Below, in pieces: positions 17,251 through 24,981 of a DNA stretch of 34,676 nt. Position 1 is the stretch's first letter, and every line of letters starts with the position of its first letter. The notes beneath the pieces are model-generated. The model ran no database searches. It was not told the DNA's origin and was given only the letters and a program-made list of their open reading frames with translations. The DNA lies in contig JBHELW010000312.1 in assembly GCA_046262915.1 (NCBI GenBank), positions 1 to 34,676 on the forward strand, given 5' to 3'. Position numbers and translations under genes: made by a program. The stretch comes from Mycobacteriales bacterium (GTDB lineage: Bacteria > Actinomycetota > Actinomycetes > BP-191).

Positions 17251-17796
17251 ATGCCGGCCATGACCGTGGCGGCACAGTTGCGGTGCGCCGCGCACCCGGC
17301 ACGGCTCGCCGTCGACCGCTGCCCGGTCTGCCAGCGACCCCGCTGCGCGGCCGACGCGGGTCCACGCGGTTGCACGCTCTGCCGCGGACGCGCGGCCGAC
17401 GGGGGCCCAGCGGGGATGTCGCCGGCCGCGTTGACGCGCGCGGCGCTGTTCGCCACGCCCGTCGCCGTCGTCGGCGGTGCGGTTGCCTCGCAATACGTCG
17501 GAGCGGAGTACCTCAGCCTGGTCGTACCGGCGTTCGTCGGGTTCGCGGCGGCGGCCGCCGCGGAGCGCGGGGCTCGTCCGGCGCGCGGCCGCGGACCGCG
17601 CGTCATCGGCGTCGCTTACGCGCTGGTGGCCATTGCGTACGGCTTCCGGTTCATCCAGGGCGCGACCGCGCTCGACGTCGTGTCCCCGGTGCGCGACGTC
17701 TTGCCGCCGTACTTTGTGGCAGCGGTTGTCGCATGGCTGGCCGGGGCGCCGCCACGTGCTGCGCGCGCTAGCGCGCGAGACGCCGGAAGTACCTGA
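17251..17796 (+). CDS. Hypothetical membrane protein with N-terminal Cys/His-rich (zinc-ribbon/B-box-like) segment
   Basis: 181 aa with high third-position GC. The N-terminus is C-x2-H-x9-C-x2-C-x4-C-x9-C-x2-C ([35 protein letters not shown]), followed by about four hydrophobic segments. It is divergent from trxB, as a hypothetical membrane gene is in Streptomyces. Confidence 0.6.
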   Translation: MPAMTVAAQLRCAAHPARLAVDRCPVCQRPRCAADAGPRGCTLCRGRAADGGPAGMSPAALTRAALFATPVAVVGGAVASQYVGAEYLSLVVPAFVGFAAAAAAERGARPARGRGPRVIGVAYALVAIAYGFRFIQGATALDVVSPVRDVLPPYFVAAVVAWLAGAPPRAARASARDAGST

Positions 17797-18601
17797 CAGC
17801 CGCGTCCGCAGGTCCGCACGTCGGGCCCAGCACGAACACGTCGACGTGCCGCTCGTCCGGGCCGGGCAGTACGACGATCAGTGCGGGCCGCGCGGCGTAG
17901 CGCGCGTAGTCGACCGCGAGCGGGACTTCGCCCGGCGCCTCGGTGACCGCGTCGAGGCAGGCGCGCAGCGCAGCGGCCACGCGGAGCCGGGCCAGCGGGT
18001 CGGGTGGAGCGGCCGCGCGCAGGGCAGTGCCGCCGGCCGCCGAGTCAGCGGCGGGCGCGCCTTGGGCGACCTTCGCCGCTTCGGGACTCGGTGCGAGCTG
18101 GGCCCGACGCGCACCGCCCGTGAGCAACGTCGGCACGAGCCGCGCGACGTTGGCGGCGGTGTAGTCGCGCGCCGTGTCGAAGAGGACGGCGGGGAGCGGC
18201 GTGCCGGCGACGCCAGCCGCGCCCGCGGTGACCCGTGCGTTGCCCGCATCGTTGTTGCGGGTGACGAGGCCAGCGGTCACCGCCGCGGCGATGAGCACAG
18301 CCGCGGCCGCTGCGCTCAGTGGGAGCCAGGTCCGGCGCGGGCGGAGCGGCAGGACCGTGCGCTCCGGCGTAGGGGACGCGTCGCGAATCGTTTGGTCGAG
18401 CCGCGCGGCGACCGCGGCGGGCATCGCAGTGCTCGGCAGTGACCGGAGCGCACCGACGGTCGTCCGCAGGGCAGCGAGGTCGCCAGCACAGGCGGCGCAG
18501 CTGGACAGGTGCGCGCGCAGGTCCGGGGGCAGCGCGTCCTCGCCAGCGGCGGCCGCGAGCCGCTCGATGTCGGGGTGGCTGCTCACGCTGTCCTCGCTCA
18601 C
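17768..18601 (-). CDS. Anti-sigma factor, ZAS-type, single-pass membrane protein
   Basis: It has an ATGA-type overlap with the upstream ECF sigma gene. It has an N-terminal H-x3-C-x2-C motif ([11 protein letters not shown]), one TM segment ([22 protein letters not shown]), and an extracytoplasmic C-terminal domain. Confidence 0.75.
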   Translation of the reverse strand: MSEDSVSSHPDIERLAAAAGEDALPPDLRAHLSSCAACAGDLAALRTTVGALRSLPSTAMPAAVAARLDQTIRDASPTPERTVLPLRPRRTWLPLSAAAAAVLIAAAVTAGLVTRNNDAGNARVTAGAAGVAGTPLPAVLFDTARDYTAANVARLVPTLLTGGARRAQLAPSPEAAKVAQGAPAADSAAGGTALRAAAPPDPLARLRVAAALRACLDAVTEAPGEVPLAVDYARYAARPALIVVLPGPDERHVDVFVLGPTCGPADAAVRYFRRLAR

Positions 18602-19230
18602 TGCTCGTCGGCCGGTCGAGGATTAGAGGCGACAGACGCGGTCGCGGTTCCGTCTGCCGTTGGTGCCGCATCGCGGACCTGGTCGGGCGCGAGGTGACCG
18701 AGAAGCACGGCGAGGCGCGCCCGCCCGCGCGCGCATCTGCTCTTGACGGTGCCGGCGGGCACGCCGAGGGCCTCCGCCGCCTCGTCGACGGAGAGTCCTT
18801 CGATGTCAACCAGGACGACTGCCGCGCGTTGGTCGATGCCCAGCTGGGCGAGCCCGGCCGCAACGTCGTTCGCGGTTTCGCGCTCCGCAAGGCGGTCGCG
18901 CGGATCCGCCGCGCTTGCGGCCGACTCGAGCAAGGGCACGGTCGGTCGCACGCGCGCCCGCCGCGCCCGGTCCAGACAGGCGTTCATCACGATGCGATGC
19001 AGCCAGGTGCCAAACGCTGCGTCCCCGCGGAACCGCGCGGCGTTGCGGTACGCCGAGAGAAACGCCTCCTGCACGGCGTCCGCCGCGTCGTCCGGATCAC
19101 CCAGCGTGCGCACCGCCACTGCCCAGGCGCGGTCGCGGTGGCGGGCAACCAGCGTCGCGAACGCGTCGGGCTCGCCGGCGACATGCCGCGCGAGGAGAGT
19201 CGCGTCGTCGTCCGGATCCGCGTCCGTCAC
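18598..19230 (-). CDS. sigM: ECF RNA polymerase sigma factor (SigM-like by synteny)
   Basis: It has region 2 (DAADAVQEAFLSAYRNAARFRGDAAFGTWLHRIVMNACLD) and region 4 (LVDIEGLSVDEAAEALGVPAGTVKSRCARGRARL). Its position between the mviN locus and trxB matches M. tuberculosis sigM. Confidence 0.88.
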   Translation of the reverse strand: MTDADPDDDATLLARHVAGEPDAFATLVARHRDRAWAVAVRTLGDPDDAADAVQEAFLSAYRNAARFRGDAAFGTWLHRIVMNACLDRARRARVRPTVPLLESAASAADPRDRLAERETANDVAAGLAQLGIDQRAAVVLVDIEGLSVDEAAEALGVPAGTVKSRCARGRARLAVLLGHLAPDQVRDAAPTADGTATASVASNPRPADEQ

Positions 19231-19253
19231 AGCGCCGCAGCGTACGGCGACGA

Positions 19254-20675
19254 TCAGCCGAAGAAGGCCAACTCGGCAACGCCTGCCCGGTAGCGCCCGC
19301 CGCCGATCGGGGGCAGCCGGGTGAGCCAGATCAGCCAGTAGCGGGCGGGCACCTGGTTGGCCGGCACCATCGACACCGACTCACCGGCGTCGCGCGCGGT
19401 TGCGACCGTCCGGAAGTCGTCGGGACGCGACGCGGCCGAGTCCGCTGCCCGCAGCTCGACGCTCACGCCCGGGTCCGAGAGCACCAGGCCGACCTTCCGA
19501 ACGGCAACCGGCCGGCCGAGATCCACGAGCAGCCCAACCCCAGGCTTGAGGTTGCCGAACGTCGACGTGAAGTACGTGGTCGTCTCCCAGGCCGTCGACT
19601 CGTCGCCATCGTGCGAGAACCGGACGGTCGCCGGCAGCTCCCGACCGTCACCCGGTGGCGGATCGAAGTCGCGAACGCCCGCGAGCGTCAGCTCCGCGGC
19701 GGACTGCCCGGCACTTGGGCTCGGCGTACCGAGTGCCGGGAAGCGGTTGGTGCCATCCGGGACGCGGCCGACGGCGAGCCCGGCGAGCCAGCTGGCCACC
19801 GCGACGCCCGCGAGCACCCCGAGCGGCGCCACGATCCGCAACCAGCGGCGACGCCGCTGGAGGCCGGCCGTGGGACGGTTGCCCGTCGGCTGCCCGGACC
19901 ATTCACCGGGCAACGGCGCGAGGGCGGACAGTAGGTCGCGCGCGGTCAGGATCGCGATCTCGCCAGCGCGCGGCGCGAGGGCGCGCATCACTACCGAGTC
20001 GAGATCCCGCGGCACTCCGGCGCGGATCTGCCGCGGCGAGACGAGATGTCCCGATCGCGTCGGCGCGGGCGGGAGCGCGGCTGCACCGCGTACCGACCGA
20101 CCGGTGAGCGCGGCGTAGAGGATCGCCGCCAGCGCACGCACGTCCGCGCGCTCGTCAACCGCTCCGCTGGCGGGCGGGCGCAGCACCGCGTCGACCTGGA
20201 AGTCGGTGAGCTTGACCGTGCCGTCGCTTGCGAGCAGCACGTTGCCGGCATGCAGCGCGGCATGTGGCACGCCCCGCGCGTGCGCGTAGACCAGGGCCTC
20301 GGCGCTCTGCGCCGCGATGGTCGTCGCGCGCGCGGCGGCCAAGGGGCCGTCGCGAAGCAGGGCCGCGAGCGTGTCGCCGTCCACCCATGCGCTGACGACG
20401 TACGGGACGCCGTCTTCGACCGCAGCGTCGAAGACGCTCGCGATCCGCGGGTGTGACAACCGCCCGGCCGCGACGGCCGCCGCGATGAAACGCGCGGCAC
20501 CCTCGTCGGCGTCGGCGGTCTCGGGCACCGCCGCGGGGTTGTCGAGGAGCTTGACGGCGACTGGGCGCGCGAGCACGTCGTCGACGGCGCGCCAGACCGT
20601 GGCTAGCCGACCCTGCGCGACCGCGCGTTGCAGCCGGTAGCGCCCGGAGAAGACGCGTCCCGCACCGTTCGGCAC
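19254..20675 (-). CDS. Stand-alone membrane pseudokinase with extracellular discoidin/carbohydrate-binding-like domain (equivalent to the C-terminal half of mycobacterial MviN)
   Basis: It has a Ser/Thr-kinase-like fold (YRLQRAVAQGRLATVWRAVD...VAVKLL). However, the catalytic loop reads HAALHAGN instead of HRDxKxxN, and DFG is DFQ. After it come a TM segment (WLRIVAPLGVLAGVAVASWLAGLAVG) and an ectodomain (..STAWETTTY..NLKPGVGLLVDLG..YWLIWLTRLP..AELAFFG). Confidence 0.8.
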   Translation of the reverse strand: MPNGAGRVFSGRYRLQRAVAQGRLATVWRAVDDVLARPVAVKLLDNPAAVPETADADEGAARFIAAAVAAGRLSHPRIASVFDAAVEDGVPYVVSAWVDGDTLAALLRDGPLAAARATTIAAQSAEALVYAHARGVPHAALHAGNVLLASDGTVKLTDFQVDAVLRPPASGAVDERADVRALAAILYAALTGRSVRGAAALPPAPTRSGHLVSPRQIRAGVPRDLDSVVMRALAPRAGEIAILTARDLLSALAPLPGEWSGQPTGNRPTAGLQRRRRWLRIVAPLGVLAGVAVASWLAGLAVGRVPDGTNRFPALGTPSPSAGQSAAELTLAGVRDFDPPPGDGRELPATVRFSHDGDESTAWETTTYFTSTFGNLKPGVGLLVDLGRPVAVRKVGLVLSDPGVSVELRAADSAASRPDDFRTVATARDAGESVSMVPANQVPARYWLIWLTRLPPIGGGRYRAGVAELAFFG

Positions 20676-20711
20676 CGCGTGAATGTAAGGCGCGGAGCCC
20701 GCCGTCAGGCG

Positions 20712-21506
20712 CTAGCCGACCCGCCCATAGGACACGCGGCTGGCGTAGATCTTCGACTTCTTGACGACGTCGCCCGTCTGCGGGCTGTGCCACATGTAGC
20801 CGTTACCGGCGTAGATGCCGACGTGGTGAACGGAGCCGTTGCTGCTGTGGGAGAAGACGAGATCGCCGATCTGCCGATCCGCGGCCGCGACGACACGCAC
20901 GGCGGAGCGCTGCTGCCCTGAGTTGTGTGGGAGCGAGTGCCCCAGGCGGGCGAAGACGTAGCGGGTGAACCCCGAGCAGTCGAAACGGCTGGGTCCCGCC
21001 GCGCCGTACTGGTAGGGCGCGCCGGCGTGGCGGGCCGCCTCGGCTACCGCGGCGCGCCCGAGGCTCGAGCCACTTCCGATCGTCACCGTCACCGACGGCG
21101 ATGTCGTCGCGGCGTAGTCGTAGTCGCCGGCGAACCGCGTCTGCAGGACTGTGGTCGCGGTCGGTCGCGTGCTGAAACGAACGAGTCCCTCCTCGTCGCT
21201 CGTCGCGGACCGCAGGTAGGTCCACGACGACCCCGACCTCTTCCACAGCTCAATGGGATAGCCGGGCATGTACGACGAGTCCGCGGTGAGGCGAGACGTG
21301 ATGACCGCCGTCGCGCCCGAGCTGACCGTTTGCCGAGCGGGGTTGATGCTGAGATGGCTGGCGACCCCGGATTGCGCGGGTGCCGCAACGGCGGGCGACG
21401 TCGTGCAGAAGACGGTGGCGATGGCAGCCGCCGCCCCGAGCCCGCACAGCAGACGCGTCGTAGCAGATCGAGGAGCGACGAACGGAGGCGGGGATACCGC
21501 AGGCAA
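20712..21506 (-). CDS. Secreted NlpC/P60 (C40) peptidoglycan endopeptidase, RipB-like
   Basis: It has a C-terminal GAPYQYGAAGPSRFDCSGFTRYVF...VHHVGIYAGNGYMWHSP catalytic Cys/His core and a signal peptide (TTRLLCGLGAAAAIATVFCTTSPAVAAPA). I place the start at TTG 21506 (GGGAAGGGA SD 6 nt upstream). The ORF-track start at 21593 lies inside the riboswitch. Confidence 0.88.
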   Translation of the reverse strand: MPAVSPPPFVAPRSATTRLLCGLGAAAAIATVFCTTSPAVAAPAQSGVASHLSINPARQTVSSGATAVITSRLTADSSYMPGYPIELWKRSGSSWTYLRSATSDEEGLVRFSTRPTATTVLQTRFAGDYDYAATTSPSVTVTIGSGSSLGRAAVAEAARHAGAPYQYGAAGPSRFDCSGFTRYVFARLGHSLPHNSGQQRSAVRVVAAADRQIGDLVFSHSSNGSVHHVGIYAGNGYMWHSPQTGDVVKKSKIYASRVSYGRVG

Positions 21507-21519
21507 GACAAATCCCTTC

Positions 21520-21700
21520 CCATCGCCTGCGGAGTCAGCTGTCGGGTTCGGACGGAAGGTGCGCCCGGCCGCTCCAGTGGGAGCAGGCTTCACCCCGAGG
21601 GCTGCTCACGCAGCCCGTGGGCCCTGGGTCCCCCGCTCCCGCCCAGGTTCGCGTCGAATCGGCGCCCGTGGTGGCCGTGGGCAGGATTAGGCGCGGCCGG
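21520..21700 (-). promoter_or_regulatory. Cyclic-di-AMP riboswitch (ydaO/yuaA motif)
   Basis: The minus-strand RNA carries four blocks in order. They are CGCCUAAUCC (21693-21684), GAGCGGGGGACCCA (21638-21625), CGGGGUGAAGCC (21597-21586) and CCGAACCCGACAGCUGACUCCGCAGGCG (21551-21524). The 5' CGCCU and 3' AGGCG are complementary and could form P1. These match the conserved cores of the ydaO motif as I remember them. The motif is known upstream of actinobacterial cell-wall hydrolase genes. Confidence 0.75.
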
Positions 21701-21748
21701 GGCGTGGTTTGGTGGTTTGACCCCGCATCAGGCGGGAACCACTAAAGG

Positions 21749-22912
21749 TTACGGTTTTGTAATCGGCACGTCCACTGTGTGACCTTTAGGGCGAGTTGCC
21801 CCGAAGTAGTCCTCCAGGTAGACGGGCTGCACGCGCACGACCGCTCCGGTGTGTGGCGCGGCGATCATCATCCCGGCGCCGATGTAGAGCGCGACATGGT
21901 GGATGGACCCGGGCTGACCGGGGAGGGTGCCCCAGAAGAGCAGGTCACCGGGCGCGAGCGCGGCGAGGTCGGGGTGGTCGCCGGCGTACCACTGCTGGCG
22001 CGACGTCCGGGGCAGCGGGATGCCGGCCTCGCGATACGCCCAGCCGGTCAACCCGGAGCAGTCGAACGTGTTCGGCCCCGTGGCGCCCCACTGGTACGGC
22101 TTGCCGAGCTGTGACCTCGCCGCCTCGATCGCCCGCGCCGCGGTCGCAGTCGGGGCAGCCACGGTCTGACCGGCGAGGGTGGCCAGGGCCGGGCCTTCGA
22201 CGATGAGCCCGGACAGCCCGGCGGCCCGACGGGCGGCATTCAGGCGGTCCGCGAATGCGCGGGCGGCCGCGGCCTCCGCCGCTAGCCGGTCCTGCTCAGC
22301 GATCTGCCGGACGTCGGCGTCCGCCGCGACCAGCAGCGAGCGTTGCTCGGCGAGTGCCGCTTCTACGCGGTGCGCGGCTGCCGCGACGGCGATCTCGAGA
22401 CGTGTCTGTTGCCGGGCGATCGCCGCTAGCCGGGCGTCGGCCTGCTCGATACGACGGACGTTGGCCGTCGCCGCGTCGAGCACGCGCCGGTCGCCGGCGA
22501 CGAGGGCGGAAACGGTGACGAAGCGGCCGAGCGCGTCATGCAGATCGGTGCCGTTGAGAACCGCCGCGTACATGGCTGCCTTGCCACCGGACTTGTAGAG
22601 CGCGGCGAGGCGGCCGGCCACCTGCTCGTCGCTCGCCTGCTGCGCCGCCCGCGCCTCGTCGAGCACGCCCTGCGCGGTGAGATGTGCGGTGACGGCCGCG
22701 CCGAGCTTGACCTGTGCCTCGTCGTAGTCCTCGGTCGCGACCGCCGCGCGGATCTCCAGCCGGTGTACGGCGGTCCGCAAGGCGGTTGCGCGCCGGCGCG
22801 CCTCCGTCAGGCGCGGCGACGCGCCGGCGGCCGAGGGCAGCGCCCCGATGGTCGCGGCGAGCGCGACGACGAGCGCCGCAGCGCGCAGGCCGCGGCGCGG
22901 TCGGGAGATCAC
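21749..22912 (-). CDS. RipA-like secreted peptidoglycan endopeptidase (coiled-coil N-terminal domain + NlpC/P60)
   Basis: It has a signal peptide (RGLRAAALVVALAATIGALPSAAGA), a long Ala/Arg/Glu-rich coiled-coil-like region, and a C-terminal GKPYQWGATGPNTFDCSGLTGWAY...IHHVALYIGAGMMIAAPHTG. I place the start at GTG 22912, which overlaps the upstream stop (GTGA). The ORF-track start is 22954. Confidence 0.85.
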   Translation of the reverse strand: MISRPRRGLRAAALVVALAATIGALPSAAGASPRLTEARRRATALRTAVHRLEIRAAVATEDYDEAQVKLGAAVTAHLTAQGVLDEARAAQQASDEQVAGRLAALYKSGGKAAMYAAVLNGTDLHDALGRFVTVSALVAGDRRVLDAATANVRRIEQADARLAAIARQQTRLEIAVAAAAHRVEAALAEQRSLLVAADADVRQIAEQDRLAAEAAAARAFADRLNAARRAAGLSGLIVEGPALATLAGQTVAAPTATAARAIEAARSQLGKPYQWGATGPNTFDCSGLTGWAYREAGIPLPRTSRQQWYAGDHPDLAALAPGDLLFWGTLPGQPGSIHHVALYIGAGMMIAAPHTGAVVRVQPVYLEDYFGATRPKGHTVDVPITKP

Positions 22913-23292
22913 GCCTCGAACTTCCCGCTGGCGCTCTCGCGCACGTCGGCCCACTTCTTCGAGAAGCCGAGGCGACGGACGATCAACGTCCGCGCGGTCC
23001 GGCGCAGCTCCAGCGTCACGTGACCGTCGGGATAGGCGAGGAACGAGCTGCGCCGCACCGTCGCGTCGTGCTCGCCCGCGAACTCGACAGCCGCGTCGTA
23101 GGCCTCGTCGACGTTCTTCGTGTTCTGCCAGGTCGCAGACGCGGTACGCGCGGCCTGCTGCGCCTGGTCAGTGGTGTTGACATGAGCGACGCCGATCGAG
23201 ATCGCGTCGAAGAGGATCACGCCGACGACGACGAGAACGACCACGAGCTTGACGATCCAGCTCGTGAGGACGTCACCCCGATCCCCGCGCAC
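22909..23292 (-). CDS. Hypothetical small membrane-anchored protein
   Basis: 127 aa. It has one N-terminal TM (WIVKLVVVLVVVGVILFDAISIGV) and a ~90-aa soluble domain. GGAGGA lies upstream of the GTG start. It is translationally coupled to the RipA-like gene. I recognise no family. Confidence 0.55.
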   Translation of the reverse strand: MRGDRGDVLTSWIVKLVVVLVVVGVILFDAISIGVAHVNTTDQAQQAARTASATWQNTKNVDEAYDAAVEFAGEHDATVRRSSFLAYPDGHVTLELRRTARTLIVRRLGFSKKWADVRESASGKFEA

Positions 23293-23373
23293 GCGTCCTC
23301 CAGGTAGGCCGGCTACTGCCGGGAAGATCGGCGGGACCCCTCGGGTGCTTGAGCGTCGGCTGCGCCGATCGGC

Positions 23374-24981
23374 CTAGCGTCGCACGCGCGCGCGCACGAT
23401 GCTGCCAAGCACGTCGATTTCCGTGAGCCGCATCCGGCGAGCGCTCACGACGTAGAGGGGCACGGCTGCCACAACGCCGGCGGCGATCGCGGCGATGGAT
23501 CCGCGTACGCCGGTCCCGAGGCCGCGCATCGCCAGGCGCGAGGCGCCGTAGGCACCGAAGGCGGCAATCATCGCGGCGACGACGATGCGTGTGACGGTTC
23601 GCGCCACCCGGCGGCCGTCGAGGCCGCCGAGCCGACGACGCAGGATGCGGGCGAAGACCGCCGCCCCGACGGCATAGGACAGGCCGTAGCCGAGGGCGAG
23701 CCCGACGATGCGCGCACTGCCGTCGAGGACGACGAACAGGACGACGTCGGCGGCGACGTTGACGGCGTTGACCGCGATGTTGACCAGGGCAGGGGTCCGG
23801 CTGTCGTGCATCGCGTAGAACGCGCGCAGCTGGAGCTGGAAGGCGGAGAAGAAGGCGAGCCCGAAGGCGAACGCCGCCAGCACGGATCCGACGAGATGGG
23901 CGTCCGGCGCGGTTGTTACGCCGTGCGCGAAGACCGCGACGGCAACCGCGCGCCCGAGGACTACGTAGCCCAGGGCGGCCGGGATGACGGCCGCCGCGGC
24001 GAGCCGCAAGCCCTGCGAGATGTCGTCGCGCAGCGCGGCGAGGTCGTCGTCTGCGGCGTGTCGGCTCATCCGCGGCAGCAGCGCCGTGACAACGGACACC
24101 GTGATGACGGCATGCGGGAGTTGGAAGAGCAGGAACGCGTACGCGTAGGTCGTGTAGCCGGTGATGGACGACGCGAGCCGGGCAACGATCACGTAGCCGA
24201 GTTGGTTCGCGGCGACGTAGACGAGCACCCACATCGCGAGGCGGACGACGCCGCGAACGCGCGGATGACGGAGCCGCAGCCGCCAGCGGAACCCGACGGC
24301 GCGCAGCGACGGCAGCAGGGCGAGCGTCATGACGACGACGCCCAGCGAGGTCCCGATACCCAGCGTCAGCGTCTGCGCCGTAGTCATCCCGGCGGGGTCC
24401 GGGGGACGCGGCCCGGGCAGCAGGATGAAGACGCCTGCAGTGGCGATGACGACCAGGTTGTTGAGTACCGGCGTCGCCATCGGCGCGGTGAACCGCCCGC
24501 GGGTGTTCAGGATCGCGCCGACGGTCGCGCCCACGCCGTAGAAGAGGATCTGCGGCAGCAGGAAGCGCGCGAACGCGACCGCCTTGGTGAACTCCGCGGG
24601 CGAGACGTCGTGCAGGTAGACGCGCATCAGCCATGGCGCGGCGATCACACTGACGACGGACGTGACGCCGAGGACGAGCATGACGAGGCTGAGCAGGACC
24701 TGGCCGAACGCGCTGCCGTCGTCGCCGTCCTCGCGCGCCGCGCGGACCAGCCCGGGCACGACGACGCTGGTCAGGACGCCGCCGAGGAGCAGCTCGTAGA
24801 CGATGTTGGGCGCCGTGTTCGCAACGTTGTAGGCGTCGGCGACTTGCGTACGCGTGCCGATGGCGGCAGCGACCACGGCCACGCGGAGGAACCCGGTGGC
24901 GCGCGAGGCGAGTGTGCCGGCCGCCATCGCGCCGCTGTGCCGGCCGAGCTCGCGAACGTCGGACCCCGTCGTGACGGTCAC
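23374..24981 (-). CDS. murJ: Lipid II flippase MurJ/MviN (flippase domain only)
   Basis: 535 aa, polytopic. The N-terminus GTLASRATGFLRVAVVAAAIGT...ADAYNVANTAPNIVYELLLGGVL is the MurJ signature. The GTG start overlaps the upstream stop (GTGA). Confidence 0.92.
   Translation of the reverse strand: MTVTTGSDVRELGRHSGAMAAGTLASRATGFLRVAVVAAAIGTRTQVADAYNVANTAPNIVYELLLGGVLTSVVVPGLVRAAREDGDDGSAFGQVLLSLVMLVLGVTSVVSVIAAPWLMRVYLHDVSPAEFTKAVAFARFLLPQILFYGVGATVGAILNTRGRFTAPMATPVLNNLVVIATAGVFILLPGPRPPDPAGMTTAQTLTLGIGTSLGVVVMTLALLPSLRAVGFRWRLRLRHPRVRGVVRLAMWVLVYVAANQLGYVIVARLASSITGYTTYAYAFLLFQLPHAVITVSVVTALLPRMSRHAADDDLAALRDDISQGLRLAAAAVIPAALGYVVLGRAVAVAVFAHGVTTAPDAHLVGSVLAAFAFGLAFFSAFQLQLRAFYAMHDSRTPALVNIAVNAVNVAADVVLFVVLDGSARIVGLALGYGLSYAVGAAVFARILRRRLGGLDGRRVARTVTRIVVAAMIAAFGAYGASRLAMRGLGTGVRGSIAAIAAGVVAAVPLYVVSARRMRLTEIDVLGSIVRARVRR

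Noticed and set aside
19231-19330. Looked for an ECF-type (GGAAC...CGT) autoregulatory promoter upstream of the sigM-like gene
   Set aside because: No convincing -35/-10 pair lies in the 23-nt spacer or the adjacent kinase 3' end. The gene may be co-transcribed with the pseudokinase.
21507-21593. N-terminal 29-codon extension of the RipB-like NlpC/P60 gene (GTG 21593)
   Set aside because: That GTG is part of the conserved GGGGUGAA core of the riboswitch. The SD plus TTG at 21506 directly follows the riboswitch 3' end and leaves a normal signal peptide.
23293-23373. Possible second ydaO riboswitch or terminator in the murJ to small-ORF spacer
   Set aside because: I read the minus strand and found none of the ydaO core blocks. 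Only a short GCCGATCGGC palindrome and an SD (GGAGGA) are present, with no U-tract.
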